Of a DNA stretch of 64,000 nt, positions 10,675 through 20,329 are shown one piece after another. Under the pieces are notes generated by a model that made no database searches, was not told the origin of the DNA, and was given only the letters and a program-made list of their open reading frames with translations. Each line of letters starts with the position of its first letter. Positions within the stretch are counted from its first letter, which is position 1. This DNA is from an uncultured Spirochaetota bacterium (lineage in GTDB: Bacteria > Spirochaetota > Brevinematia > Brevinematales > JAOACQ01), in assembly GCA_963835575.1 (NCBI GenBank), contig CAWIGG010000002.1, positions 864,001 to 928,000 on the forward strand. The letters are read 5' to 3'. The translations under genes and the position numbers were made by a program.

Positions 10675-11060
10675 AATATTTAAAAGAGGAAATGAAGGTT
10701 TTGGATGATGCCGCCGGGGTCCTGGAATATTCTTTAGATGAAATGGACCGCTTTGAAGCGTTGACCAGCCGCTTTGCCAGGACAAATGATATTCTGATTC
10801 AAAAGTTTTTTAGAGTGATAGATGAATTAGATCTGGAAAGCGGCGGAACGGTCAGGGACAGGATTCAAAGAGCTGAAAAAAAGAACTTAATCAACTCCGT
10901 TGAGGATTTTATAGAGATGAGAATACTGAGAAATGACATCGCCCATGAATATCTTCCTTCCGCGGTGAAGGATATTTTTGAAAAAGTATTGGAATTTACC
11001 CCGAAATTACTGGAGAGCATTCAAAGAGTAAAAGATTACTGCAAAAAATATGAAGAATAG
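10656..11060 (+). CDS. HEPN / nucleotidyltransferase substrate-binding family toxin
   Basis: RNDIAHEY (RX4HXY) motif; overlaps the MNT gene. Confidence 0.85.
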   Translation: MAPIELEYLKEEMKVLDDAAGVLEYSLDEMDRFEALTSRFARTNDILIQKFFRVIDELDLESGGTVRDRIQRAEKKNLINSVEDFIEMRILRNDIAHEYLPSAVKDIFEKVLEFTPKLLESIQRVKDYCKKYEE

Positions 11061-11149
11061 GCGAATGCAGTAAAAGACGCTTTATAAATATTTATATCAA
11101 ACTTTAAAACGTTTTTAATTTGAAATAGATCGAAAAGAGGAAACCGCGA

Positions 11150-12076
11150 ATGGATTTTAACTCTAAGATATACATAGCGGGCCACCGCGGTCTGGTCGGT
11201 TCGGCGGTCTTGAGAAGGCTTGAATCTGAAGGGTTTTCAAATTTGCTTCTTAAAACTCACGCGGAGCTCGATTTAACCGATCAGCAGGCAGTGAGGGCTT
11301 TCTTTGAGAAAGAGAAACCCGAATATGTTTTTCTGTCGGCGGCCAGGGTCGGCGGTATCCTCGCGAATAAAACCTATCCGGCGGATTTTCTTTACCAGAA
11401 TCTCATGATCGAAGCCAATATCATTCATTCCGCGTACTTAAGCGGGGTAAAAAAGCTTTTGTTTCTGGGCAGTTCCTGTATTTATCCCAGGCTTTGCCCT
11501 CAGCCGATCAAGGAAGAGTATATTCTTACATCGGCGCTTGAGCCGACCAATGAGGCCTATGCCATTGCCAAAATAACCGGCCTCGAAATGTGCAGATTTT
11601 ACAGGCGGCAGTACGGGTGCAGTTTTATTTCCGCAATGCCGACAAATCTTTACGGCATCAATGATAATTTCGATTTGAATAATTCTCATGTCCTTCCGGG
11701 GCAATTGCGGAAAATCCATGAGGCGAAGATCAGGGGCGCCACGGAAATTACCGTCTGGGGCACTGGAAAGCCGCGGCGGGAATTCCTTTATGTTGATGAT
11801 CTGGCGGATGCGCTTGTATTTCTGATGCGGAATTATAATGAGGAAGCGCATATTAATGTGGGGACCGGCGAGGATATCGAGATTATTGAACTGGTAAAGC
11901 TGATTTCTGAAGTAGTCGGCTTTAAAGGAAAGATAATGAATGATTTAACGAAACCGGATGGTACGCCCCGGAAGCTATTGGATGTTTCGAAGTTAACCGG
12001 TTTGGGTTGGAAAAATAAGATAGGATTAAAAGAGGGATTGAAAAGGACTTATGAGTGGTACCGGAAAAATAAATAA
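11150..12076 (+). CDS. fcl: GDP-L-fucose synthase
   Basis: GHRGLVGSA, AARVGGILAN, LGSSCIYP, YAIAK, PTNLYG, WGTGKPRREFL, KPDGTPRKLLDVS. Confidence 0.97.
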   Translation: MDFNSKIYIAGHRGLVGSAVLRRLESEGFSNLLLKTHAELDLTDQQAVRAFFEKEKPEYVFLSAARVGGILANKTYPADFLYQNLMIEANIIHSAYLSGVKKLLFLGSSCIYPRLCPQPIKEEYILTSALEPTNEAYAIAKITGLEMCRFYRRQYGCSFISAMPTNLYGINDNFDLNNSHVLPGQLRKIHEAKIRGATEITVWGTGKPRREFLYVDDLADALVFLMRNYNEEAHINVGTGEDIEIIELVKLISEVVGFKGKIMNDLTKPDGTPRKLLDVSKLTGLGWKNKIGLKEGLKRTYEWYRKNK

Positions 12077-12162
12077 CAAGGTGTCATTTCTTTAATCGGT
12101 TAAGATTTTAGAGGCGAAGTGTATTATTGATTTTTTAGGCCTTTTAGACGCAATATGCCGGA

Positions 12163-12693
12163 TTGGAGGCTGCCGTGCGCTTGTCAAGCCTGCGAAATCT
12201 GGATGAAATTTTACAAAGACTTTCTGTCTGCCTGCCGATTCTTACAGAACGTTTCGGCGTAGGGAAGATTGGCATATTCGGCTCTTATGTTCGAAATGAG
12301 CAAAAAAGGAAAAGCGATATCGACATACTGGTTGACCTGGGAAAAGACGCCAGAACATTTGATAAGGGCAGTTCTAAAAACTCAAATATTTAGAACTGCC
12401 GCTATTGTATGAGTTCATGCTACCGCTCGAGTTCGCTGTCTGAAAAGAAAGCCGACCAGCGAACTCTATACGGTAGCGCCATTTGCATTCATAAGGAATT
12501 TTTTAACCGGGGCAGTTCCAAAACCTGTTGTGGAAATATCTGATAAATTTTTAGTTTTTGGAACTGCCCATAATTATATGGAACTCCGTTTTTTCTTGGA
12601 AAGACAGTTGAAAAAAAAGTGGACCTTGGTCCGGAAGGGTCTGTTAGAAAAGAATTTGCCAAAAGGGTTTTAAAAGAGATTGTTTATGTCTAA
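12163..12693 (+). pseudogene. MNT antitoxin disrupted by a 204-bp element and an A8-tract frameshift
   Basis: GIFGSYVRNEQKRKSDIDILVD..TFD | insert | NYMELRFFLERQLKK, then -1 frame VDLGPEGSVRKEFAKRVLKEIVYV*; stop overlaps the HEPN ATG. Confidence 0.88.
12366..12569. mobile_element. MITE/REP-like tri-hairpin element, copy 1
   Basis: Ends GGGCAGTTCTAAAAAC / GTTTTTGGAACTGCCC; flanking ATAA direct repeat (12362-65, 12570-73); removal restores the MNT frame; internal GAGTTCGCTG/CAGCGAACTC hairpin. Confidence 0.88.
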
Positions 12694-13021
12694 GAGGGAA
12701 TGGCTTTTATTCTTGAGTGATATTGTGAAAAGCGCTTCATAGATTATGTATTTTACAGATAAAATGAGTTTTGAAGAACTGCAATCGGACGTACGGACTT
12801 TTGATGCGGTTATGCGCAATATAGAAATCATCGGAGAAGCAGTGAAGCATATACCGATTGATTTCCGTAGAAAACACCCGGAAATAGACTGGAAAAAAAT
12901 TGCCGGGATACGCGGCATTGCGATTCATGAATACTTTGGCAGCAATGAAGGAATTATTCGGGATTTGATCCGTCATAAAATTCCAGAATTGAAAGAACAG
13001 GTAGAACAGCTCTTAAAGTAA
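12686..13021 (+). pseudogene. DUF86/HepT-like HEPN toxin with in-frame amber stop
   Basis: [30 protein letters not shown]...[13 protein letters not shown]...[24 protein letters not shown] at 12740-12742. Confidence 0.85.
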
Positions 13022-13072
13022 TTTTGTAGAAACGGAGCATAACGCCGGGCGCAGCAACTCGACTGAACTCTG

Positions 13073-13185
13073 CAGAAGCTTCTCGATGTGAGCCGCCTGA
13101 GCGCATTCTGGGATGGAAGTATAAGACGCCGCTGGAAGAAGGGATCAGAAAGACTTATGAGTGGTATGTGAAGAGTAGGGTATAG
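13073..13185 (+). pseudogene. fcl: Orphan 3' fragment of a second fcl allele
   Basis: QKLLDVSRLSA/(frameshift)LGWKYKTPLEEGIRKTYEWYVKSRV* versus intact Fcl RKLLDVSKLTGLGWKNKIGLKEGLKRTYEWYRKNK. Confidence 0.85.
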
Positions 13186-13208
13186 AAGGGCGGAGGCACA
13201 AATTTATA

Positions 13209-14507
13209 GTGATAGATGCAATAAAGAGACTTTTTAAACGTTATTTTTTGGATAATATCTATATAAACCGGTTCTTCAAGCTTTTCAGTATTGATATATT
13301 GGTAAAAATATCCGCCTTTCTTTTGCTGCCGGTCTATCTGAAATTGATGACCCAGGAAGAATATGGGCTTTTCGGCTATTTATTTTCAATTGTTATAACT
13401 CTGTCAGGTATAATGCAGTTTGGTATGTATATACCTCAGAGTAAATTGTATTTTGATTATGATGCCGAAGAAAAAAAATCCCTATTGTTTACCATAAACA
13501 TGCTGTTGATCACATTTTTAACGGTTGTATTAGGATCAGCTTATTTTCTTAAACTGGACTATAGAGTGATCCGTTTTATGTTTTCCAAGGAAATACCATA
13601 TCAGAACTACCGTGAAGTGATTTTCATCGGGATTTTTGTTTCTGCTTATATCAATATGTTCTATAATTTTCTTCTTACGAGTGAAAGGATCAAATCTGCC
13701 CAGGCTTATAATGTAGTCCGGCTGATTGTTGTTAATGCCTTGACTTTGGCTTTTTTATTCTTTACAACCGGCAACAAAGCGATGATACGGCTCAGTTCAA
13801 ACTTTTATATAGAACTCTTAATCTTAATGGGTTTCGGAATCATATATATTAAAAGTATGAAACCCCGTTTCAATTTTATTTATATGAAGAAGGCCTTACT
13901 CCTTGCCCTGCCGGTAACACTTTCAACTCTTGTCGGTGCGTTGAATATCAGCGACCGTTTTTTTATTGAGAAATTCGGAGGTCTCAAAAATATGGCTGTT
14001 TTTAATCTTTCCGCGACAATTGCGGGAGTGATAGGCTTGATCTCCGGATCGATTCAGAACACCTGGCTTCCTTTGTTTTTTAAGGAAAAAAACTTTGATA
14101 ATAACTTACGGCGGACAAAGAAAGCGGCAATAATAATCATGCTCGTTTTGGCTTTAATCGGCGTTGGATTGGTTGCGATGACTAAAGTAATTCTAATGTT
14201 TAAAATTATAGACCAGAAATATGCTAACGCGTTGTTTATTCTGCCTTTTCTGCTTCTTGGTCAGATTTTTAATGCAGTTACTCCGTTATTTAGTAATTAT
14301 GCTATTTATATTGAAAAGACTTATTTATCAACGATTATCAGTTTTATTTACAGCTTGGTTTTCCTGGCCGCAAATTTCATCCTTGTCCCGATTTTTAACG
14401 TTTTTGGTGCGGCATTGTCTTTGCCCATCAGCGGGTTAGTATGCTTATCCATTTACTTTATTTTGATAAAATTTTATATAGCAAGAAAATATAAAAGCAA
14501 ATCATAA
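13209..14507 (+). CDS. wzx: Oligosaccharide flippase (Wzx family)
   Basis: LLLPVY..MTQEEYG, SDRFFI, ANFILVPIFNVFGAALS; about 12 TM. Confidence 0.88.
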   Translation: MIDAIKRLFKRYFLDNIYINRFFKLFSIDILVKISAFLLLPVYLKLMTQEEYGLFGYLFSIVITLSGIMQFGMYIPQSKLYFDYDAEEKKSLLFTINMLLITFLTVVLGSAYFLKLDYRVIRFMFSKEIPYQNYREVIFIGIFVSAYINMFYNFLLTSERIKSAQAYNVVRLIVVNALTLAFLFFTTGNKAMIRLSSNFYIELLILMGFGIIYIKSMKPRFNFIYMKKALLLALPVTLSTLVGALNISDRFFIEKFGGLKNMAVFNLSATIAGVIGLISGSIQNTWLPLFFKEKNFDNNLRRTKKAAIIIMLVLALIGVGLVAMTKVILMFKIIDQKYANALFILPFLLLGQIFNAVTPLFSNYAIYIEKTYLSTIISFIYSLVFLAANFILVPIFNVFGAALSLPISGLVCLSIYFILIKFYIARKYKSKS

Positions 14508-14563
14508 GAGGTTCTTTTGTATTCTATTTATTTATTCATTTCTTAATAAGCGAGGTTTTATAA

Positions 14564-15442
14564 ATGAGCATATCACTTTACTTTATCCATCAGGGGAAAA
14601 GCCGTTATCTAAAATATGCTGTAAATCAAGCGTGTCGTTCAAATCCCGGCTCTGATATTTATCTACTATGGGATTCTATGAGTAATCATTCTTTACCGGT
14701 TAAACAATATGATATTAAAAATTATAAATCCAGTGCCTCTGAGTTTAGTAAAATATATTTGCACCTATCCCAGCAAGGCTACGAGAATGAGTTGATCTGT
14801 TTTAAAAGATGGTTTATCTTATATGAATTTGCCATAAAAGAAAAAGTTAATTTTCCCATAATGTATCTGGATTCCGATATTATGCTGTATAGGGACCTAA
14901 AAGAATTGGAATCGTTTCTAAAGCAATATTCAATTACAATTTGCGATCAAAAAGGCCCGGAATATGCTTATTTCGAAAGTCTGGAAGTTCTCAAAGGATT
15001 CTGTGATTTCCTGATGGATACTTATTCCAATGAAAATGAAATAAAGAAAATGCGGTTTTGGTTTGAGAACTATAAGAAGGGGCATTCTGCCGGCGGTGTA
15101 TGCGATATGACATTGTTCGAAAAATACGTTGGCCGGTTTGGGAATAAGGCGTTTGATTTGTGCAATGTTTATAATAATTCTGTTTTTGATGATAATATTA
15201 ATGCTTCACAGGGTTATGAAATGAAAGGGGATATGAAAAAAATAATATGGCAGAATGGAATTCCCTATGGAAAACAGATTTCCTCAAATAAATTGATCCG
15301 TTTTAATGCGCTGCATTTGCAGGGACATTCAAAATTGTTTTATATACAGAGATTTTATAAGGAAAAAGGATTATTATTTTATAAATTATGGGATGAGTTA
15401 ATAATGCAGTTACGAAATATTAAAAAGTTCATTTTTAAATAA
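14564..15442 (+). CDS. Putative glycosyltransferase (GT-A fold)
   Basis: CFKRWF, YLDSD (DXD), GGVCDMT, LHLQG motifs; cluster context. Confidence 0.6.
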   Translation: MSISLYFIHQGKSRYLKYAVNQACRSNPGSDIYLLWDSMSNHSLPVKQYDIKNYKSSASEFSKIYLHLSQQGYENELICFKRWFILYEFAIKEKVNFPIMYLDSDIMLYRDLKELESFLKQYSITICDQKGPEYAYFESLEVLKGFCDFLMDTYSNENEIKKMRFWFENYKKGHSAGGVCDMTLFEKYVGRFGNKAFDLCNVYNNSVFDDNINASQGYEMKGDMKKIIWQNGIPYGKQISSNKLIRFNALHLQGHSKLFYIQRFYKEKGLLFYKLWDELIMQLRNIKKFIFK

Positions 15443-15500
15443 TTCAATTGATTTTTTCTTTTACCATCCCTATAATATTCAGATTTATGGCGGTATTTTA

Positions 15501-17222
15501 ATGAATTATAATGAAATAAAAAAATTCTCTATTAATAAATTCTGGATGACGGGCCTTATTCTTATTCTCATATTGTTTAATTTATTTTATGCTAGTTATT
15601 TTATAAAAGACGCTTATCCCAGTCATAATATGGTTTCTAATCTGATAATGGCTGCGGCCCCTATCTTTCATTTGGGTGTGCCCTACAAAGATTATTGGGA
15701 TATTTATTCTCCAGGCATATTTATATTTCTGACACCTTTTGAATTATTTTTCCAGGGTCAAACTTTGATTTTTAAATTATTCCATATCCTGTTTGCAGTA
15801 TTAATGGGATTAATTGTATTAAAAATGCTAATTAAAATTTTTAGTAAATTTCAATTTCCAAACATTCCAATCACTATTTTTTTTCTATTATACCTACTCA
15901 TGTCAAATTATTTTTACTATATATTATTTCACAATGCATTTCTGGCATTATTTATATCCCTTTGCGGGCTTTATTTTCTTGCCTTTACAAAAAAGTCATG
16001 GACAAAATATTTGATCAGCTCTTTATTATTTGCTTTTTCAGGCACTATGAAAGAAACATTTCTTTTTACTATATTCCTGCCATATGTCTATATTGGGGCC
16101 AGATATCTGCTGAGAGCCAATAAAAGTCTGAAGTTATTTATTAAAAATTCTGTGATAGCTACTATAGCTATTTTTATGGTTTTTTTAGGGAATTACTTGT
16201 ACTTATATCTGCTGGGAATTTTAAAAAATTATCAGGAAATCTCCGCCTTTAAATCACAGCAATTCGGGGCTAATTCTATAATAAATCTGTTTAATAATTT
16301 GGATCCATTTAATTTTTATAATTTTTCCATTTCCTTTCAAGATTTATTGAATTCATTTTTTAAATTTTCATGCGGATTATTATATATCTTTTTTTTATTG
16401 ATTTTAATTTGTCTGATTATACCTTTAAAACTATTAAAAATCCGAGGAAAATTGAAAATATCATTTAATACTTGGAAATATGAGCAGGGAATAGGTATAA
16501 TTACAATTGGTTTTTTGCTAATGAATTTTGAAGGATTTAAGCTTTTAAATAATAATCAGCCAAATTATTCATTACAAATGGTTCCCGGGCTCATTTTGGC
16601 ATTTGCCTTTCTTTATAAAATAACTCATGAAAGCATAAAGAAATTCATAAGTAAAAGAATACCGCTGTTGAATCGGAAAATAATTAATGCGATACTAATT
16701 ATTATTGTTTTTTGTTTCGGCTGGCTTTTATATCCGAAATGGAACAATTATGGATACTATAAAACCATGTCAGTTCAAGAATATTTCCAGGGATTTTTAA
16801 TAAAAAAGCCGGAAATCCAGCTTCCAGATAAAGTGAAAAAGGCTATGGGAGATGATAATAGGATATTTTATATCTACGGCTGGGGGACGCCATATTTTTA
16901 TTATTTTGCCCATATTAAGCCATTTTCCAGGTTTTTTATTCTGCACACCAATATTTTAGGTGAAAAACAATTTCATGAACTGATTCGGCAATTTAAAGCA
17001 GAATTGCCAAAGGTTATATTATATACAGAATATGGCGCTGACATGAATACTTATGAATTTGAAAAGAATACTTTTCAATTTAAGAAGCTATTGGAAAAAT
17101 GTTATGAATTTTATCCCGCTGTGATTTACCCGGCATTTCATGCTTCCGGATATTATTTATTAAAAAGCGATCAATATTTTAAAACCCATCCGGAAGAATT
17201 CATTGCATTAAAATATCAATAA
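15501..17222 (+). CDS. Polytopic membrane protein, ArnT/GT-C-like
   Basis: PYKDYWDIYSPG loop, many TMs, soluble C-terminal domain; precedes a polyprenol-phosphate GT. Confidence 0.6.
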   Translation: MNYNEIKKFSINKFWMTGLILILILFNLFYASYFIKDAYPSHNMVSNLIMAAAPIFHLGVPYKDYWDIYSPGIFIFLTPFELFFQGQTLIFKLFHILFAVLMGLIVLKMLIKIFSKFQFPNIPITIFFLLYLLMSNYFYYILFHNAFLALFISLCGLYFLAFTKKSWTKYLISSLLFAFSGTMKETFLFTIFLPYVYIGARYLLRANKSLKLFIKNSVIATIAIFMVFLGNYLYLYLLGILKNYQEISAFKSQQFGANSIINLFNNLDPFNFYNFSISFQDLLNSFFKFSCGLLYIFFLLILICLIIPLKLLKIRGKLKISFNTWKYEQGIGIITIGFLLMNFEGFKLLNNNQPNYSLQMVPGLILAFAFLYKITHESIKKFISKRIPLLNRKIINAILIIIVFCFGWLLYPKWNNYGYYKTMSVQEYFQGFLIKKPEIQLPDKVKKAMGDDNRIFYIYGWGTPYFYYFAHIKPFSRFFILHTNILGEKQFHELIRQFKAELPKVILYTEYGADMNTYEFEKNTFQFKKLLEKCYEFYPAVIYPAFHASGYYLLKSDQYFKTHPEEFIALKYQ

Positions 17223-17241
17223 AAATGAGGAGTTTTTCTTA

Positions 17242-18363
17242 ATGAAAAGTTTAGTTATTATACCCACTTTTAATGAATCTCAGAATATACTGCAAATTAT
17301 TCGGGAAGTATTAAAACAGAGAAACGATATATCTGTATTGATTGTTGATGACAGTTCACCTGATGGAACGGCCCAATTAGTTGAGAAATTGATGAAAAGG
17401 AATAAAAGAGTGCATTTACTGAAAAGAAGAAAAAAACAAGGCCTGGGAAGAGCTTATATAGCAGGGTTTAAATGGGGATTGGATAGCAAGGAAAACTTTA
17501 AATATTTCTTTGAAATGGATGCCGACTTTTCCCACGATCCCAATGAACTGCATTTATTTTTTGAAGCTATTGCAGAGGGCAATGATGTTGTCTGTGGTTC
17601 GCGATACATCCATGGAGTACGGGTTTTAAATTGGGATTTAAAACGTTTGATTTTAAGCGTAAGCGGTAATCTTTATGCCCGGCTGGCTACAGGGATAAAA
17701 ATGACCGACTTAACCGGGGGTTATAATTGTTACAGCAGAAAAGTTCTTGAAAATATCGGCCTGGAATCTATTAAATCTAACGGATATTCATTCCAGATTG
17801 AAATGAAGGCTAATTCGGTTTATAAAAAGTTTAAAGTGAAAGAAATTCCTATTATATTTCGCGACCGTTTTGAAGGCGTGACTAAGATGCATGGCGGTAT
17901 CATTAATGAAGCGCTGATTAAGTGCTGGCTGATACGTTTATCTGATTATAAGTCTTTCAGCTTTATTAAGTTTGGGATTGTGGGAGGATTGGGTACCATT
18001 ACAAACCTTATAATATTTTTTATAATGGCTGATAAATTACATTACCCTGTAAATTTAGTGGCTTGTATTTCCTTTTCAGTAGCAGTAACCCAAAACTATA
18101 TTCTAAATCATATCTGGACTTTCAGCCATAATACAAAAGAAAGAAAAATGAATTTGGTTGATTATGTTAAATTTATTTTAGTATCTCTTTTTGGTTTGGG
18201 TGTGAATTTAATTGTCTTAAACCTGATTCTTTTCTTTTTTGTTTTACCTTATAAAGTTATAGCTCAGCTTTGCGGCATTTTGGTTGGAATGTTATTGAAT
18301 TATTTTGGTTCAAAGTATCTTGTATTTAATAAAAAAAAAGAGCATATCAAATTAGTCAGATAG
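17242..18363 (+). CDS. Polyprenol-phosphate glycosyltransferase (DPM1/Ppm1-like) fused to a C-terminal GtrA domain
   Basis: IIPTFNE, VDDSSPDGT, GLGRAY, EMDADFSH, GYSFQIE; then FIKFGIVGGLGT GtrA motif. Confidence 0.9.
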   Translation: MKSLVIIPTFNESQNILQIIREVLKQRNDISVLIVDDSSPDGTAQLVEKLMKRNKRVHLLKRRKKQGLGRAYIAGFKWGLDSKENFKYFFEMDADFSHDPNELHLFFEAIAEGNDVVCGSRYIHGVRVLNWDLKRLILSVSGNLYARLATGIKMTDLTGGYNCYSRKVLENIGLESIKSNGYSFQIEMKANSVYKKFKVKEIPIIFRDRFEGVTKMHGGIINEALIKCWLIRLSDYKSFSFIKFGIVGGLGTITNLIIFFIMADKLHYPVNLVACISFSVAVTQNYILNHIWTFSHNTKERKMNLVDYVKFILVSLFGLGVNLIVLNLILFFFVLPYKVIAQLCGILVGMLLNYFGSKYLVFNKKKEHIKLVR

Positions 18364-18374
18364 GGAGTAATGGT

Positions 18375-19286
18375 ATGCAATTAGCTCCTATTATTTTATT
18401 TGTTTATAATCGTCCGGATCATACAAAACGGACTGTCGAATCACTTTTAAAAAACGATTTTGCTCAGCAGAGTGATCTAATTATTTATTCCGATGCGGCT
18501 AAAAACAATAATAGTGAAAAAGCAGTGGCGGATGTCCGGGATTATATTAAAAGTATTAAAGGATTCCGATCGCTCAGGGTTATCGAACATGATAAAAATA
18601 TGGGGCTTGCGGATTCTATTATTTCAGGTGTTACTGAATCAGTAGGTCGATATGGAAAAGTGATTGTTCTTGAAGATGATATGGTGTCTTCACCGTATTT
18701 TATTAAGTATATGAATAATGCATTGGTTAAATATGAAAATGAAGATAAAGTGATCAGCATTCATGGATATATTTATCCTGTTAAGAAGGAATTACCCGAA
18801 ACATTTTTTATTCGCGGTGCTGACTGCTGGGGGTGGGCAACCTGGAAAAGAGGTTGGGATTTGTTCGAAGCTGATGGAAAGAAACTTTTACAGCAGCTTG
18901 TGGATAAAAAACTGGAAAGAGAATTTAACTTTAACGGTTCATATCCTTATCTGGATATGTTGAAAGGACAGATCGAAAGAAAAAACAATTCCTGGGCTAT
19001 ACGCTGGTATGCCTCGGCTTTTTTAAAAGATAAGCTGACTTTATATCCGGGAAAATCTCTTATACATAATATCGGCAATGATGAAAGCGGCACACATAGC
19101 ATGAGTACTGAATCATTTGCGGTTCAATTATCAGATGTGCCTTTGAATTTAACGGATGAGCCGATTATTGAAAATAAAAAAGCAAAAAAGATTCTAATTC
19201 AATATTTTCAATCTCTAAAAAGGAATAAGATCCAATTAATACTTAGTAAGGTTTTAAGATATTTTTTTAGGCAGAAAAATAAATGA
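18375..19286 (+). CDS. Glycosyltransferase family 2
   Basis: APIILFVYNRPDH, IVLEDD, CWGWATW, NIGND motifs. Confidence 0.9.
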   Translation: MQLAPIILFVYNRPDHTKRTVESLLKNDFAQQSDLIIYSDAAKNNNSEKAVADVRDYIKSIKGFRSLRVIEHDKNMGLADSIISGVTESVGRYGKVIVLEDDMVSSPYFIKYMNNALVKYENEDKVISIHGYIYPVKKELPETFFIRGADCWGWATWKRGWDLFEADGKKLLQQLVDKKLEREFNFNGSYPYLDMLKGQIERKNNSWAIRWYASAFLKDKLTLYPGKSLIHNIGNDESGTHSMSTESFAVQLSDVPLNLTDEPIIENKKAKKILIQYFQSLKRNKIQLILSKVLRYFFRQKNK

Positions 19287-20320
19287 ACAAGAATCAGATA
19301 ATATTAAAATTCTGGACTGATAAAAAATATGTGCCGACTGGAGTGAAATATATTTTTATGCTATATCCTTTCTGGGGTAATATTCCTGAACCGGATGGAT
19401 CACCTGATCAAAATAGATTTAAGGACTATTGTGATAATGGGAAAAAATATTTTAAAATTGTGCCTACCATCCGGGAAGCCGATTACTTGCTTTGTCCCAT
19501 CTCATATGAGATGAATATGGGGCGGGAAATTGCAAAAGAGTTTTCTGAATTGGCCGCAAAAAACAAAAAAAGATTTATTCTTTTTTTTAATAGTGATTCG
19601 GATGAAGAAATTATGCTGAAAAAAGCCATCATCTTTCGGACTTCATTTAATAAAAGTACCAGAAAGCCGAATGAATTCGCATTACCGGGATGGTCTCAAG
19701 ATTATATAAAGGAATTTTATAAGGGAATATTGCCAATCCGGAAAAAAGAAATTATGCCTGTAGTGGGGTATTGCGGTTACGGCAGGAGCTTTAAAAAATC
19801 AATGTTGCTATTCATATCATATTTAAGAGGAAAGCTTTTGATCAGTCGGTTTTATGATGCCCAGGCTCTCAGGGGGAGGGCATTGAATAAACTTTTAAAA
19901 AGACAGGACATATGCTCTAATTTTATCATCCGTAAAGATTTTTGGCGCGGTCAGGGTGATAAGAACAGATTGAGGAAAGATTTTATAAATAATCTGATAG
20001 GATCCGATTATATTCTAGTAACCAGAGGAATGGGTAATTTTTCATATCGTTTTTATGAAACTATAAGCTGTGGCAGGATACCTATTTTTATTAATACTGA
20101 TTCTGTATTACCGTTTGATCATATCATAGACTATAGAAAATATTGTGTATGGATAGAGGATAAAAATATAAACAAAATTGCCGATGTTTTACTTGAATTT
20201 CATCAGAAGATTACTTCTGAACAATTCCAAAAAAGACAAAAAGAAATAAGGGAACTTTACTTGGAATGGCTTAGCCCGACAGGGTTTTATAAAAACCTTT
20301 GGCGTTGTTTAAAAAACTAA
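19283..20320 (+). CDS. Exostosin-family (GT47-like) glycosyltransferase
   Basis: RGMGNFSYRFYETISCGRIP, LPFD..IDY motifs. Confidence 0.8.
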   Translation: MNKNQIILKFWTDKKYVPTGVKYIFMLYPFWGNIPEPDGSPDQNRFKDYCDNGKKYFKIVPTIREADYLLCPISYEMNMGREIAKEFSELAAKNKKRFILFFNSDSDEEIMLKKAIIFRTSFNKSTRKPNEFALPGWSQDYIKEFYKGILPIRKKEIMPVVGYCGYGRSFKKSMLLFISYLRGKLLISRFYDAQALRGRALNKLLKRQDICSNFIIRKDFWRGQGDKNRLRKDFINNLIGSDYILVTRGMGNFSYRFYETISCGRIPIFINTDSVLPFDHIIDYRKYCVWIEDKNINKIADVLLEFHQKITSEQFQKRQKEIRELYLEWLSPTGFYKNLWRCLKN

Positions 20321-20329
20321 GGAATAAAT

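Noticed and set aside
13037..13075. attC-like start (GCATAAC...) after the HEPN gene, and TAACAAAGTCGCTG near 32775
   Set aside because: No matching GTTRRRY end or attC stem could be built, and there is no integron integrase
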